This document shows, piece by piece, positions 1 to 12,754 of a stretch of DNA of 64,000 nt. The DNA is from Octopus sinensis (lineage: Eukaryota), in the NCBI RefSeq assembly GCF_006345805.1, contig NC_043009.1:2914001-2978000 (forward strand), written 5' to 3'. How positions within the stretch are numbered: the first letter of the stretch is position 1; every line of letters starts with the position of its first letter. A model generated the notes under the pieces. The model searched no databases. It had not been told where the DNA came from and saw only the letters and a program-made list of their open reading frames with translations. Both the position numbers and the translations under genes were made by a program.

Positions 1-64
1 TATATACATATATATATATATACATATACATATATATATACATATATACATATATATCTGTATA

Positions 65-106
<42 letters not shown>

Positions 107-150
107 ATATATATACCATATATGTATATACACACAGTCATATATGTATG

Positions 151-189
<39 letters not shown>

Positions 190-215
190 TATATATGCAC
201 ACACAACATACATAC

Positions 216-255
<40 letters not shown>

Positions 256-320
256 TATATATATATATATGTGTGTGTATACATATATATATATAGAGAG
301 AGAGATATATAGGTATATAT
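1..320. repeat. (TA)n/(CA)n microsatellite tract
   Basis: Near-continuous TA repeats with CA/TG interruptions. Confidence 0.95.
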
Positions 321-959
321 ACACTTCATTGTGCGTGCACGTTTGATCGAAACTCAGAAATTATGTAGTTTAATGCATTCGTCTCGAATGAGAGGCAAAG
401 CATTTTATAACTTCTGTGTATAAATCATTCTTTCCATGAACATTCCCACTCTGGATGAATTATAATGGCGCATATCACTAATTTCTGCACTTTTATCCTT
501 ATCTATGAGCAAAACGTGTCACTGTTGCATTCTTTTCCGTGTACTGGGATACGAAGCCCAGCGTTGAATAAATGCCAAAAAATTAGGCTCATGTTTAAAT
601 TCATGTCATTTTACAAAACAAACGAAACAGCCGTTAGTTCGTCACATGGTTTGTGAAATAAAACTAACTGGGTCAAAAATCAGCCATTATTATTTGATAA
701 AAATGTGAGAGAGACTGACTGCATTGTGTAAACCTGGTTGATTTGTGTCTGAATGGATTTACGGAGAGACACCCTCGATGAGGATTGGCGTGAGGCCAAA
801 TCACTACTACTAGTAATGTTGATAATGATAAGGCTGATGATGATGATGATGATGATGATAATAATGAAGATGATGATGGTAATGGTGAAAAGGTTTTCGG
901 GGTAGGGACGATGCATACCCTGCGCAGAGACAGGTTTTATCCGACAGTTATAGTGTAGC

Positions 960-1140
960 TGACAACGGTTGGCTTACAAACGTCGTCCCTGTTGTTATCA
1001 GAACGATTTGGTTCAATACCAGGAAGAACCTGGAGAAACCTGAAGAAAACATCTGGAAACTTTGGAAACAACCTACAATCTTAGGACGCATATTGTGTAA
1101 AGTACTGACAGCTTAACGGCGGATGATGTGCGACTTCTTA
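960..1140 (+). mobile_element. 3' end of R4/Dong-like non-LTR retrotransposon (degenerate RLE C-terminus)
   Basis: Frameshifted translation VVPVVI..GSIP...ILGRILCKVLTA* (stop 1114-1116) resembles the R4/Dong C-terminus (VVPVVIGALG...LGTAHILRKVL). It is followed directly by (AAT)n. Confidence 0.6.
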
Positions 1141-1176
1141 AATAATAATAACAACAATAACAATAACAATAACAAC

Positions 1177-1247
<71 letters not shown>
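1141..1247. repeat. (AAT)n microsatellite
   Basis: About 35 AAT/AAC units. Confidence 0.97.
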
Positions 1248-1250
<3 letters not shown>

Positions 1251-1905
1251 TCACCGTTTGATTCCAGCATCGTAATGAAAGAGGACGAAAAACAAAAACA
1301 AAATAAGGCAACCCCTTAAAATTTGAAATAGGAATAATTTGGAACATGAGAAAAGTATAGGGCCTGCCTAAAATACTTTGTGCATTGGGAACAATAAGCA
1401 AATTTATAGACAAATGGCTTCAGGAGATTGGTATAGAATGTCCGGTAGAGCTGCTTCAAAAAGTTTCTCTCTAAGGGACCTGCATAAGGCCTATACCACA
1501 CATTTGCTTCTCAGTTGTTTGACCTTAGTGGCTGATGATATGTGCATCTCTGATCACGGGCAGATGTAGTGGGCGAGCATCGTAGCCATGTGTTGAGAGG
1601 AATTCTTTGGGGTTTGCATAATTCCCCTTTGCTAACATGGGTGTTCCGTTTAATATCCTTAAACAACCCTTATTCAGGGGCCTTTTGAGCGCGATGGGTT
1701 ACTCATAAGAACAATCTAACTGGCCCCACCTGCAGGGACATGCGCTGTTTATCTTGATATGAGATCACCATATCACGCATACATGCTTGCATGCGATGCA
1801 TGTGTCTGCTGTACTGTATCAGACGGATGGTCATGATGGGTATACCGGGATTCGTATATTTTACCCCAATGTCAGTTTGATGGCACGCACTGCTCTCTCA
1901 CTCAC
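1251..1905 (+). mobile_element. 5'-truncated R4/Dong-like LINE: RLE C-terminus plus 3' UTR
   Basis: Translation SPFDSSIVMKEDEK../PLKFEIGIIWNMRKV*GLPKILCALGTISKFIDKWLQEIGIECPVELLQKVSL*GT matches the restriction-like endonuclease end of the R4/Dong clade. (TAA)n flanks both sides. Confidence 0.85.
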
Positions 1906-1912
1906 TAATAAT

Positions 1913-1978
<66 letters not shown>

Positions 1979-1987
1979 ACTGATAAT

Positions 1988-2246
1988 AACATCTTTATAC
2001 AACCCTTATTCAGGGACCATTTGAGCGGGATGGGCTACTCGACCCGATGAAATTCTAATTGGGCCCCACCTGCAAGATCATACGCTGTTTATCTTGATAT
2101 GGGATCACAATGTTCCGCACATATTGTTGTAATGCATGCGCCTGGTGTGCCCTTATCAGACGTGTAGTCATGATGGGTATACTGGGCTTCGTACATTTTA
2201 TCCCAATGTCACTTTGATGGCACGCACTGCTCTCTCACTCACTCAC
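1988..2246 (+). mobile_element. Second, shorter copy of the same R4/Dong-like 3' UTR
   Basis: Aligns to about 1651-1905 (caacccttattcaggg...gcacgcactgctctctcactcac). It ends in (AAT)n at 2247-2307. Confidence 0.85.
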
Positions 2247-2309
<63 letters not shown>

Positions 2310-2781
2310 AGATGATGATAATAATTAAACACAATATCTTCAATCAAAAACATCACGATAGTGGATATTATCCGATGTCTTAATTATACACACCACATAC
2401 TGTGATCAAAGTCGGATAGTCTGGAACCGTGCCAAAGAAAAGGTGATCGGGTTGAATATAAGTGCGCCTATTTTGGAGTTATCAACTTAATTATTCACCC
2501 AGTTTAACCCTGTCGATTGACATTTATATGATTCCGTCGGATATCCATCTTTTTTAAACGTACGGAAGCCACCCTTTTTGTTTTCTTCAAAGAATTCAGT
2601 AAAATATCCGCAGCACGTGTTGTCGAAAAAAAAAAAAATTCTCTGCCAGTTGGTCACCGTTACTGCTCACAACCATTTCGTTTACGTGTCACGAATACAA
2701 CCTTTAAACGGTTTCTTGGCCAGGTAGCCAACGCTTGTGTAATACCCCTAGATATACACTGGATGTATATATATATACATG

Positions 2782-2843
<62 letters not shown>

Positions 2844-4774
2844 ATATATATATGTATACATATATATATACATACACACACGCATACACACACACACACA
2901 CATACATATATATATATAATATATATATATATATATAATATATATCTTCCTATAGAAGGAAATATCTCTGAGAGAATATGTACCTTGATATAAAAATAAA
3001 CGTCAGAATGCTGACGGATGAAAGGTATTAAATCACAGGTATATTTCATCAACAGGTGACTCGGAACTAAACAGGAAACTACAGCCTTTGAAACTTTTCT
3101 GATATTGAATATGCGATAACCCAAATATTACTCAACATAACTACCTATTCAACATGCTAGATATAGTAACCAAGACTCTATGAAGCTGGTGTATAGATTT
3201 CCGAAGGTGCAATACTGCATTCTATGTAGTCATGGAAACACTTAATGTCAAAGATTTCACTAGAAGGCACTTTACTACGCATGTGTTTCATTAGGGCATT
3301 TTTATGAATATAAAAGGACGAGTGTGCCGCCTAATTCCTGAAGCCCGTAACTTTCAACTACCGAACTATTTTGTCAGCAAGTATCATTTCAAGAACCCAA
3401 AATTCAGAAATGTTTTTAGAAGCATAAAGAGCTTAAAATGAATTTCCTGTCCTCATAAAAAATCAATGTGAAGCCGTATCATGGTATTCTTCCACCGAAT
3501 CATTATATACAGAAAATTGTTTTAGATGTGCTTCACTGTTCAAATAATATTATGTTACTAAATATCCAACACGTGAAAAACGCTCTTCTCTCAAGTTGAT
3601 ATTTTTTCTTCTTTTCATTTTCGCCAGATAAATTATTTTTTCTCTTAATTTTATTTTGTATATGTTTCTAAAAATGCATATTTCATTCATTGTCAATTTG
3701 ATGTTCTGTAATACAGGTTTTCATATTTCGATTTTTAATTCTTACTTTCTGTATCTATAAGGCATTGTTCCTAATTTTGATATATATACTGTCGAAATAT
3801 GAAACAGGACTTTATTTCAACAATCTTTGTATCTGAATAATATTTTAGAAGGAAAATATATTACGCAGCTTACCCATATCTCTATGCCTGCCGTTTTAAA
3901 ACTACATTTTCAAAGTCTTCGCATGCAGAATTCTTAACAGCAGTCATAGTTGTAAATCGTAAATTATGTTATCAGAAAGGATACAATGCGAACATAAATT
4001 TTACAAAACTAAATTATGTAAGGTTTTGAATATATTACCACGTAAGCAGTGCTCTTCCAAGTGCCTTTCGGATCAGCGAATTTATAACGAACAGTGCACA
4101 ACTGAAAGTCATTCGGAGAATAAACCTGATGCTAGAAGAACAAAACGTTACAACAAACGCAAGAGCAAAATCAACAAAAGAAACCCACAACTCGAGCCTC
4201 TCAATGGAGCACACTGAAATTCTAACGATCCTGCCACAAAAAGCACAATCGCTTTCCACACCTGTACAATCAAGCAGAGCTACAACGTCTTGGAATAATT
4301 TTACAAAACCAACTTTAAAAGACCAGATTCAGTATAAGGAAACGCACAAAGAGTAAAGTTACTGAAGCAGTAATTCCTTACTAGTAATAGAATAACAACT
4401 ACGGTGTATCTCGCCTTCAACTCTAGTTCACTACAATGGGAGCTCTCAGCTCTCAGCTCACTACAATGGGATGGCTACTATTGCACTGCTTGCCTCTAAT
4501 GCCCAGTCAAAAGCTGTGACATTCACTAGGTTTTAAAATTTTTAGAAATTTGGATTGTCAGTGTTTAGTGTAAATATTGCAACGTTTGAGGTGTACCGTA
4601 TGCACGTAAAAGAAGATTAACAAAAAATTAAACATATCTACCAAAAATATGCTAAATTCACAAATTATGGAATTTAGCAAAACTATGCAATATTCACAAA
4701 TTTTCAAACTGATAAACAAACACTAATGTTATGAAGTAATGTTAAAAACGAACACTAATGTTATAAACTAGATA

Positions 4775-5025
4775 CATTATTTACATTTGACGGATATTTG
4801 TGTCATCTTTTTTGTTGTTAGCACATTGTTTCGGCTGATATACGTTCCAGCCTTCATTATTCCTAAGGAATGCGAACCAAGGTTCGAAATTTCCTCAAGA
4901 CACTTCATGAAGGCTGGAGGGTATATCAGCAGAAACGATATGTTAACAACAAACAAGATGAGGACAAATATCCGTCAAATGTAAATAATGCAGATAATTC
5001 CTCAGCTCTTAAATACAGAACTGCA
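4775..5025 (+). mobile_element. Inverted-repeat copy of hammerhead-bearing element (same family as 26250-26572)
   Basis: Arms 4775-4857 and 4907-4990 are reverse complements. The right arm region has a degenerate HHR: GACAC-TTCATGA-AGGCTG..CAGCA-GAAAC-GAT-ATGTT. Confidence 0.8.
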
Positions 5026-7469
5026 AAATAGATACAATACATTGATATAATTAGATACGATTCTACATTGATACAAATAGATACAATTCTACATTGAATT
5101 ATGATTGTCATTACTATTCAAGACCGTATGTTGCATAGTTTGATCCGAAAGACAGTATTACATTTCATTTTTGCTACATGCATCTTAGAGTGCATGTGGT
5201 CGGAATGTTGTATTCTTCGTAATTTAAAATTCGTTCAATTTACATGACTTTACGAAACGTCTCCAAGTGACTTACAGTATGTACTATGCATACAGAAAAA
5301 CACAAATTCGTGTTTGGAATTAGAAATGCGGCTGAATTTTAAACTCTGGAATAAGGAAGTGAAGTACATCCTCTAAATTGTTTAATCGTAAAAATGGTAA
5401 GAGCTGAAAACTACTAAACCCATTAGCGAGTTTTAAAAAACCTGAAAAAACTGCTTTGTGTTAAAGTTTTCAGCACAGATTATACGGAATTCAAATACAG
5501 TCGAGGCCAGTTTTGAGTTTTATTCCCTCAGGATCGATAAATAGGTCACGTATCCTGTTCTGATGTCAATTTCTTCTCATTCTCTTACTCTTATATTTCG
5601 TCTGCCTCTCGCCCCTGATTCTTTCAGATACGTATCGGCTCTGAACATGTCTGGAGAGAATTGTACCACCTTAGTTCTAAAAAATACCCAACGCACGCTA
5701 TATGTCATATCATAGCACCAACGACTCCACCAACTAGAGCTGAAAGAGAAATGCAAGACAAACGAAGGTGTATGGCATATTGGACACATTACAAAATATC
5801 TATAATTGTTGTGATAACTAGAATGAAATGATGTGACGTCCATAAAATTTCACATGTGCTTGAGAAATAGCATTAATTTTATTTTTCAAATAGTCATGGA
5901 TTTATGAATGAAATAAGGTTCTGAACCAGAGTGCTATATTCTAGACGTGGACATATTGGGAGATATTTACCGCAAAAATAGTTTGGGGAATAAAAATAAA
6001 ATGGTTAATCCGGGAATTGAAACCGAATCTTGGTTTGAGGAATTAGAGTAATATTGAGTAAGCTCTTTGTTTCTCAGAAGCTAAATGATATGATTATTAG
6101 CAATACCGATCAATTTAACACACATAAGCATGCTCGTTCTGTAGACATGTGCTTCCTCCAAATAACTAAGAAGATTTGGGAAGAAGTGAAGTAGATGGGG
6201 AAAATGTAATATCATGAGGAAGAGAAAGAAAACAATAACAAGTGCGAAAACAACAATATCTGTTTTAGTCAGTTTAAGAATTTAATGATCTTTTAAGAAG
6301 AGTTCAATTAAACTATAGCTGTATAGATGATCGATAAGTTAGTTACAATGGATATGTGTGGAGAAAGAATCAAAAGAATATGAAGAATCAGCGAAAAAAG
6401 CACAATAATAAGATGGAGAAAATCAAAAGATAAAAACGGACGAAAAAGAAGGAGAAATGATGGAAATTTCAAAGAAATGAATGGGAGAAAGACAGAAATA
6501 GTTAAGAAAAATGGAGAAGAAAGATGTTAAAGAGAGAAGTGAAGAAAATGTTTTTGCTTAAAGATTGATTTTTGATTATTTTAGTAGAGTCTTAAATCGA
6601 GATTATAACATGTGTCTATGTGTGTGTGTATGAGATTGGGAGAAATAGCGTTAAAGAGAGATAGAGATAATTAAAGGTAGTGATAGAGAGAGAAAGAGCG
6701 TGTGAGAGATTGAAAAAGAAAAGGAAAGCGTGAGAGAATAGAAGAGAGTGAGAAGTCGTAGCTTTTGGTGAAAAATAAAACTATATCCTGCAAATGAAAA
6801 TAAAATAAAGATGAGGCCAGGATGAAATAATGTTTGGCAATACATGTGTTTCTTGAGGCGATTTTTCTGTATAATCAGTGATTATAGAAATAAAAATCAT
6901 TAGAAAAGGAGCGCCGTGAAATCCTGAAGATTTGAAGAGAGAAAATGAGTAACGTTTAAATTCGAAATATAATGAAGATTCAAGCATGAAATAAACAAAA
7001 AAAAATTCGGTCTTAATGAAGCTACTGCTACATATAATAATGTTGGTAATGGGTTGAATGAAGCGAATAGTTGCAGTAGAATTAGTTAGATTAGAAAGAG
7101 CAGTAGGTAGGTCGGACTGTGGGAATTATACTGCCTGTCTAAAAACGAAATGATAGAAGAGGGAAAAATCAAAATCAAAATATGAAAAAAAAGGAAACAA
7201 AATAGAGGAAAATAAAATTATGTTTGCCATTTATATGGAGTATGATACCTTGCAGCAAAATTTTGGTTTGGGGCAACTAATAAATAACCTAGTTCATTTC
7301 CGAAACACACACATACACACACACACACATAAAACACACACACACAGCTACATGCGTGCGCACACACTTACGCATTCTTGAGCTTATGTGTGTATGCATG
7401 CGATTATATGGATATATTTATATATATTTATAATACAAAATTGGACAAGAATGCAAAACATCCGCAAAA

Positions 7470-7725
7470 CATCAGTTAGGTGATAGAAAAATGGGACAAT
7501 AAAACATCCAGATAGACGATGCGAAGAAAACAAGGACGGGTCATTCGAAGTTTTCTTTCCTCAGTCAAGTACCAGATTATCTTCGAAATTTCGGCTGAGT
7601 ATACTTGAGATTGCTCCAATCAGGCCAGCCCCAAGGAAAAGCTAAGCTAAGAGCATTAGATTCCTTGGAAGAAAGCAGCGAATGTATATAAAAACAAGGA
7701 CGGGAAAAAACAAGCAATGTTACAC
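7470..7725. repeat. Probable interspersed repeat, class unresolved
   Basis: Island between microsatellites with an internal direct repeat aaaacaaggacggg (7527-7540, 7691-7704). No coding signal. Confidence 0.4.
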
Positions 7726-7801
7726 AACACACATATATATATATATAATATATATATATATATATGTATGTATATAATATATATATATATATGTATGTAT
7801 G

Positions 7802-7843
<42 letters not shown>

Positions 7844-7868
7844 CATTTATATATATATATAGACATAC

Positions 7869-7913
<45 letters not shown>

Positions 7914-7970
7914 TATATACATATGCAGAAAAATACACACGTATACACAGAGACACGCACTGCCTTTCTT

Positions 7971-8033
<63 letters not shown>

Positions 8034-8540
8034 TATATATACATTCCATACCAATATATTGTTTCATATTGTTTGCCAAATAAATTATATATCAGTGGTC
8101 GAGTGTGTAAAACTGTAAGTATTTACAGCTTGGAGAAGATATTTTAATATTTGATTAATACACTAAAAGCCGTTCTATAAACATTTTTCATTCATTTTGC
8201 CACTAAGTACCTTATCGTGAAGTATCAAAAATCTTGATACACTTTTGTAACTTCGTCACTGACATAATTTCACCTATCAGAATTTTGTTGGTAACAATTA
8301 GTCTCCCAAAATCGACACAGACGAGAAGTGATTATAACTATTATTGCTCCTTCGTAAATGGTTAAGAATGTATTCTATTTACTTACAGAAATTGACTAAC
8401 CGTCGCATTCTAGTGGTGTTATTATTTAAAACAATAAGCCTAAGTGAGTACTTTCGGTTAAACTATGCTGAAATTATCTTCCTTTAACGATAAAGAGTCC
8501 ATCGAATAACATAAAATTACTGTCTCACATACACATAAAC

Positions 8541-8663
8541 GTAGGGCAACGTGAAATGAAGTGCTTTCCTCAAGAACACAACGCAATGCCCGATCTGAGA
8601 ATTGAACACACGATCTCGCAATCGTGAGTGAAACACCGTAGCCACTAAACATGACGCCTTCAC
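8541..8663 (-). mobile_element. tRNA-derived SINE head (third family), diverged
   Basis: Minus strand reads gtgaaggcg..tttagtggct (A-box-like)...gtgttcaattc (B-box-like)...tgtgttcttgaggaaagcacttcatttcac. Confidence 0.65.
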
Positions 8664-8730
8664 CGACACACACACATAATGCACAAATAGGTACATATAT
8701 TTATATAAACACAGCAGTTACCTTAAGATA

Positions 8731-9040
8731 AAAAGGTGTGAAAACACCAGTTCGTTCAGTGTCGCCATCTGTCAGGAAACTCATACATCACTGTCTCGAT
8801 CTCGAGTTTTTTACTCTTGTCTGTGAGATATAACTATGAAAGACAACTCTGAACGACTAAGCGCAAATCAGACAACGCGTGGACTCATTTATATATAAGG
8901 CTACAAGCTTTGCTTAGTTCGTTCAGAATTAACTCTCTTCAGTACATCTCATTGACAAGAGCCAAAAAATTCTAAACATCGATGTATGACATTCCTGACA
9001 TCTGGTGATACTGAACGAACTGGTGTTTTCACACATTTTT
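8731..9040. mobile_element. Palindromic MITE/foldback element
   Basis: gtgtgaaaacaccagttcgttcagt at the left end is the reverse complement of actgaacgaactggtgttttcacac at the right end. Imperfect complementarity continues about 130 bp inward. Confidence 0.85.
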
Positions 9041-9111
9041 TTTTACTATAAAAGAGATTTTTCTCCACGGTATCTGCAGTGCATTTGGCTTTAGCAGTTG
9101 AAATATGTGAC

Positions 9112-9705
9112 GCTAGCCCGCTGGTTTAAATTGATATTAATCAAGTTAATATCAATTTTTTACCTTTCTTATTTAAATTTAAATAACCATGTTCTCTACC
9201 CGGCAGGCTTCGATGCAGAAAGTTATTTCCTGCAGAGTCATTTTCGGCTTTGGCGCGCCAAAACGAAGACATTTGAAATATACCCCCAAATATAATTGAC
9301 AGAACTGCGTGCATGTTCTCTTTCGGGTGGACTTCTCGTGTGCAGTTCTGCAATTAATATTTTCTATGACGATCGTACTGATTTGCGGACATTTACATAC
9401 GTAAATATGTAAATGGTAATAATGAAATCTGGTATGTGACTAAACATTATATTTTGCATCTTTTCATTTGTCTTGCTCGCTTTACGTTCTGGCGTTCGCC
9501 GAATTTTCTTGTGAACAATTTTTTCTTAGTTGGTCAGATCATATGGGGTCTGCATTTAACATATTAGATGGCCACCTTGTGGTCATCCCGCTTATGTGTG
9601 TGTAATATAATTTTTCTGAATCTTCAGATTTTTCAATATGCTAGGCCACTGTTTTAAATTCATATCAATCAAATTAATATCATGTTTTACCCTTATTATT
9701 TAAAT
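9112..9705 (+). mobile_element. Old retrozyme/Penelope pLTR-like element with terminal direct repeats (period about 528 bp)
   Basis: gctagcccgctgg...tacctttcttatttaaat (9112-9178) recurs as gctaggccactg...tacccttattatttaaat (9640-9705). Internal hairpins and a degenerate HHR core (ATGACGA, 9366-9372) occur in the same order as in the 62.5-63.35 kb element. Confidence 0.65.
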
Positions 9706-9727
9706 ATATATATATGTATATTGTGTA

Positions 9728-9785
9728 TTTCTTTAATGGCGGTGCCCCAGCATGGCCGCAGCTTGTGAGCTGAAACTAGATGAAA
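9728..9785 (+). mobile_element. SINE family A 3' tail fragment
   Basis: ggcggtgccccagcatggccgcag..ctgaaacta matches the tails at 24125-24165 and 25045-25090. Confidence 0.7.
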
Positions 9786-9853
9786 ATTTAAAAAATGTAT
9801 ATATATATACATATATATATATATATAATATACATATATACACAAATTCATAC

Positions 9854-9915
<62 letters not shown>

Positions 9916-9928
9916 CGGAGAGAGAGAG

Positions 9929-10500
9929 AGACATGCAGGAAATAAATAGACACCTTTAATTTTCCAACTTTTTGATCTAAGCGTCTTACTGTGTTTTCAG
10001 CGGTGTAGAATTTACAATGTAATTATTCTTTTTCATTCCAGCTGCCATTATATTAAAGATTTTCGAAGTGTAACCATGTACGCTTAAAAAATTCAGCAGA
10101 ACTCTCAGATTTCCAAAGAGGTCATGTTGCTGCGCAATCCGAGGCTGACCTTATCCAGCGAAAAATTGCCGAAAATCTTCAAATTTCACTTGCTACTGTT
10201 AATAGAATTATAGTACAATTCAAAAGCCAAGGAAAAGAATCAACAGATTCTCGTCCCGGCCGATCTGGGCCCTCGAAAAGGAAGCTTCCCTGTTTGAAGG
10301 GAATTGTGGAAAACGAACCCCGTTGGAAGGCTTCTATCATTGCAAAACAGCCAGAATTTAGTCCAGGAACGTGTATTACATATCTGCATAAGCTTGGGTT
10401 TTATGGACGAGCAGCTAGAAAATAACATCTCCTTCAACCAATTAATATCAAATAAAAGATTTTGAAAATTAAAGGTGTTTATTTACTTCCTGCATGTCTG
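9929..10500 (+). mobile_element. Internally deleted Tc1-like transposon retaining both TIRs and the N-terminal HTH region
   Basis: Left TIR agacatgcaggaaataaatagacacctttaatttt matches the reverse complement of 10465-10500, with TA at 10501-10502. 10093-10420 translates SAELSDFQRGHV...IQRKIAENLQISLATVNRIIVQFKSQGKESTDSRPGRS...LHKLGFYGRAARK. The DDE domain is absent. Confidence 0.9.
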
Positions 10501-10837
10501 TATATATACATACATACATACATATATATGGTTTACTAAACAATATATATATATATATATATATATGTATAAATTAAATTCATTGTCTTTTGTTATATTT
10601 GAATTCGAAGCACCGAAATTCAGTACCTGTTATCCAACTCCCTTTCACTTTTACATATTTTACAGACAATATATGCAATTATAAAGACCAACGCGAAAAT
10701 TTATTTTAAGCATATGTATATGTTCATATATATATGTGGTGTGTTTGTGTGTGTGTGTGCGCGCGCGTGAGTGTGTTTGTATTTATACACATATACATAC
10801 ATGCATATATACATACATACATACATACATACATACA

Positions 10838-10869
<32 letters not shown>

Positions 10870-11889
10870 CATACATACACACATATATATATATAGATAA
10901 CTTCATAAGAATTTGGAAAATTTGCCAACAAAAATAACACTTTGTTTTTTTGTTTACGAGTGTAGAATCTCAAAGCAAATAAATCTATCAACAAAAGCTT
11001 GCAAATATTCGGCTAAAAGCACTTTGGATGGAAATGTGCTCCTTATAGCACGCGATACAATATCTTTCATAATCATGAGAGTTCTTCTGCTATTGGAACA
11101 AAGTTATCCTTCAAATTTCCTTTTCCACTTTAGTGTCTTCATTCTTATCTTCAAGCATAGTATTCTTTTAACAGAATAGTATTCTTTTTAGGAACTTTTG
11201 AGGCGAAATGATATTTTAGTTGAACAGTGAATCTTGAAGCAAGTAACGCTAAAATAGCATCTATATAGCATGTGCGCGCGTGTGTCTTTTGCTTGTCAAT
11301 ATATAATAAACTAATGTAACCAGTGACGGCTAAGGCTCATTGAAAATCATTAGAAATATATACAACATCACTTTTAACAGCATAGTGGGTACGAGTTGTC
11401 GCTGACCTAGACACAAAGACATAATGTTAACTGGAGGAACTTAGATACATTGCTTCAGTTGCAGCTCTTAAGGGATTTTCAATTCTGTTGCTCCACCCTG
11501 ATCTATGAACAGTAAACTTAAGCATGGCGGGATTAGAAATTAGAATTTAACATAGGAGATAGAACGTATTCATTTCTCCAACGTAGAAGTAATTCTGCAA
11601 GTGCATGCAGCTTAAAATACTATATAAGCAGCGGATTAGTTCATTGTCTGACTGTGATGAGAATTTTGAACTCCTATCGTGTTTCCACACAGTCATACTC
11701 CGAAACAATGATTTCTTGTGAACTGTTAATTGAACAATGCTTTATCTTGCAAACGATCGAGTGACTCTTTGATATCAGATGGTTTACTAAACAATCAGCA
11801 ATTTTGAAAAATGCAGAGTGTCAGTATCGTTATACACAGTATCGTGATTTTAATAGGCATTCATGTAACTTTAATCATAAACGGCCACT

Positions 11890-11909
11890 ATTATATATAA
11901 TATATATAT

Positions 11910-11962
<53 letters not shown>

Positions 11963-12031
11963 ATAGATGAATATATGTATGTATATATATGTAATTCATG
12001 TATATATACATGAATATATATAGTATATATA

Positions 12032-12100
<69 letters not shown>

Positions 12101-12190
12101 TATATATATATATATATATATAATATTTATATTATAATATAATAATATTATATATATATATATATATAATATATATATATATATAATTTT
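11890..12190. repeat. (TA)n microsatellite
   Basis: About 300 bp of interrupted TA repeats. Confidence 0.95.
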
Positions 12191-12717
12191 GTAGGCGAAT
12201 ACGTAAACACAGATGTATTTGAACAGACACGCTATTAATTATATAGAAATACGTTGAGCATTAAAGAGTCAAGAATTATTATTACTCATCCAAGAACCGA
12301 TAGTTTCAGCATCCTCAAAGGATTACTAACCTACGCATTTGTCATCAAATGCAAAACGCAGATTCCCATACACACATGGTAAAGTGACGTTAAATGATGA
12401 TGATGATGCATATAAAACGACACACGCACACACACACACACACACAACACACACACACACACACACACACACTTATAATATATATATATATATATATATC
12501 CGTATGTGAATCTATAATAAAAATAATAATAATAATAATGATATATATATATATTATATATATGGTCACATAAGCTATGCAAATATAGACCTAGTCACTT
12601 GTCATCAGATGCAACTCAATACCCAATTTTTACCTCACACACACACACACATATATATATACGTATATATGTATGTTTGTAAACGCATATATATGTATAT
12701 TATATATATATATATAT

Positions 12718-12754
<37 letters not shown>

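Noticed and set aside
3966-4356. Overlapping 75-83 aa ORFs in non-repetitive sequence
   Set aside because: No recognisable domain or exon boundaries.
6150-7150. Purine-rich tract, perhaps an ancient LINE
   Set aside because: No RT or endonuclease motif could be recovered.
7540-7570. CTGAGGA-AAG..CTT-CGAA hammerhead-like motif on the minus strand
   Set aside because: GAAA is incomplete and stem I cannot pair.
7577-8118. YI/CV/TH-repeat ORFs (here and throughout the window)
   Set aside because: Translations of (TA)n, (TG)n and (CA)n microsatellites.
9605-9630. CTGAAGA-TTCA-GAAA on the minus strand
   Set aside because: A short palindrome with no room for stem II.
12285-12630. (C/T)TGATGA motifs on the minus strand in two short direct repeats, one with GAAAC..GTT
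   Set aside because: Stem II and stem I do not form.
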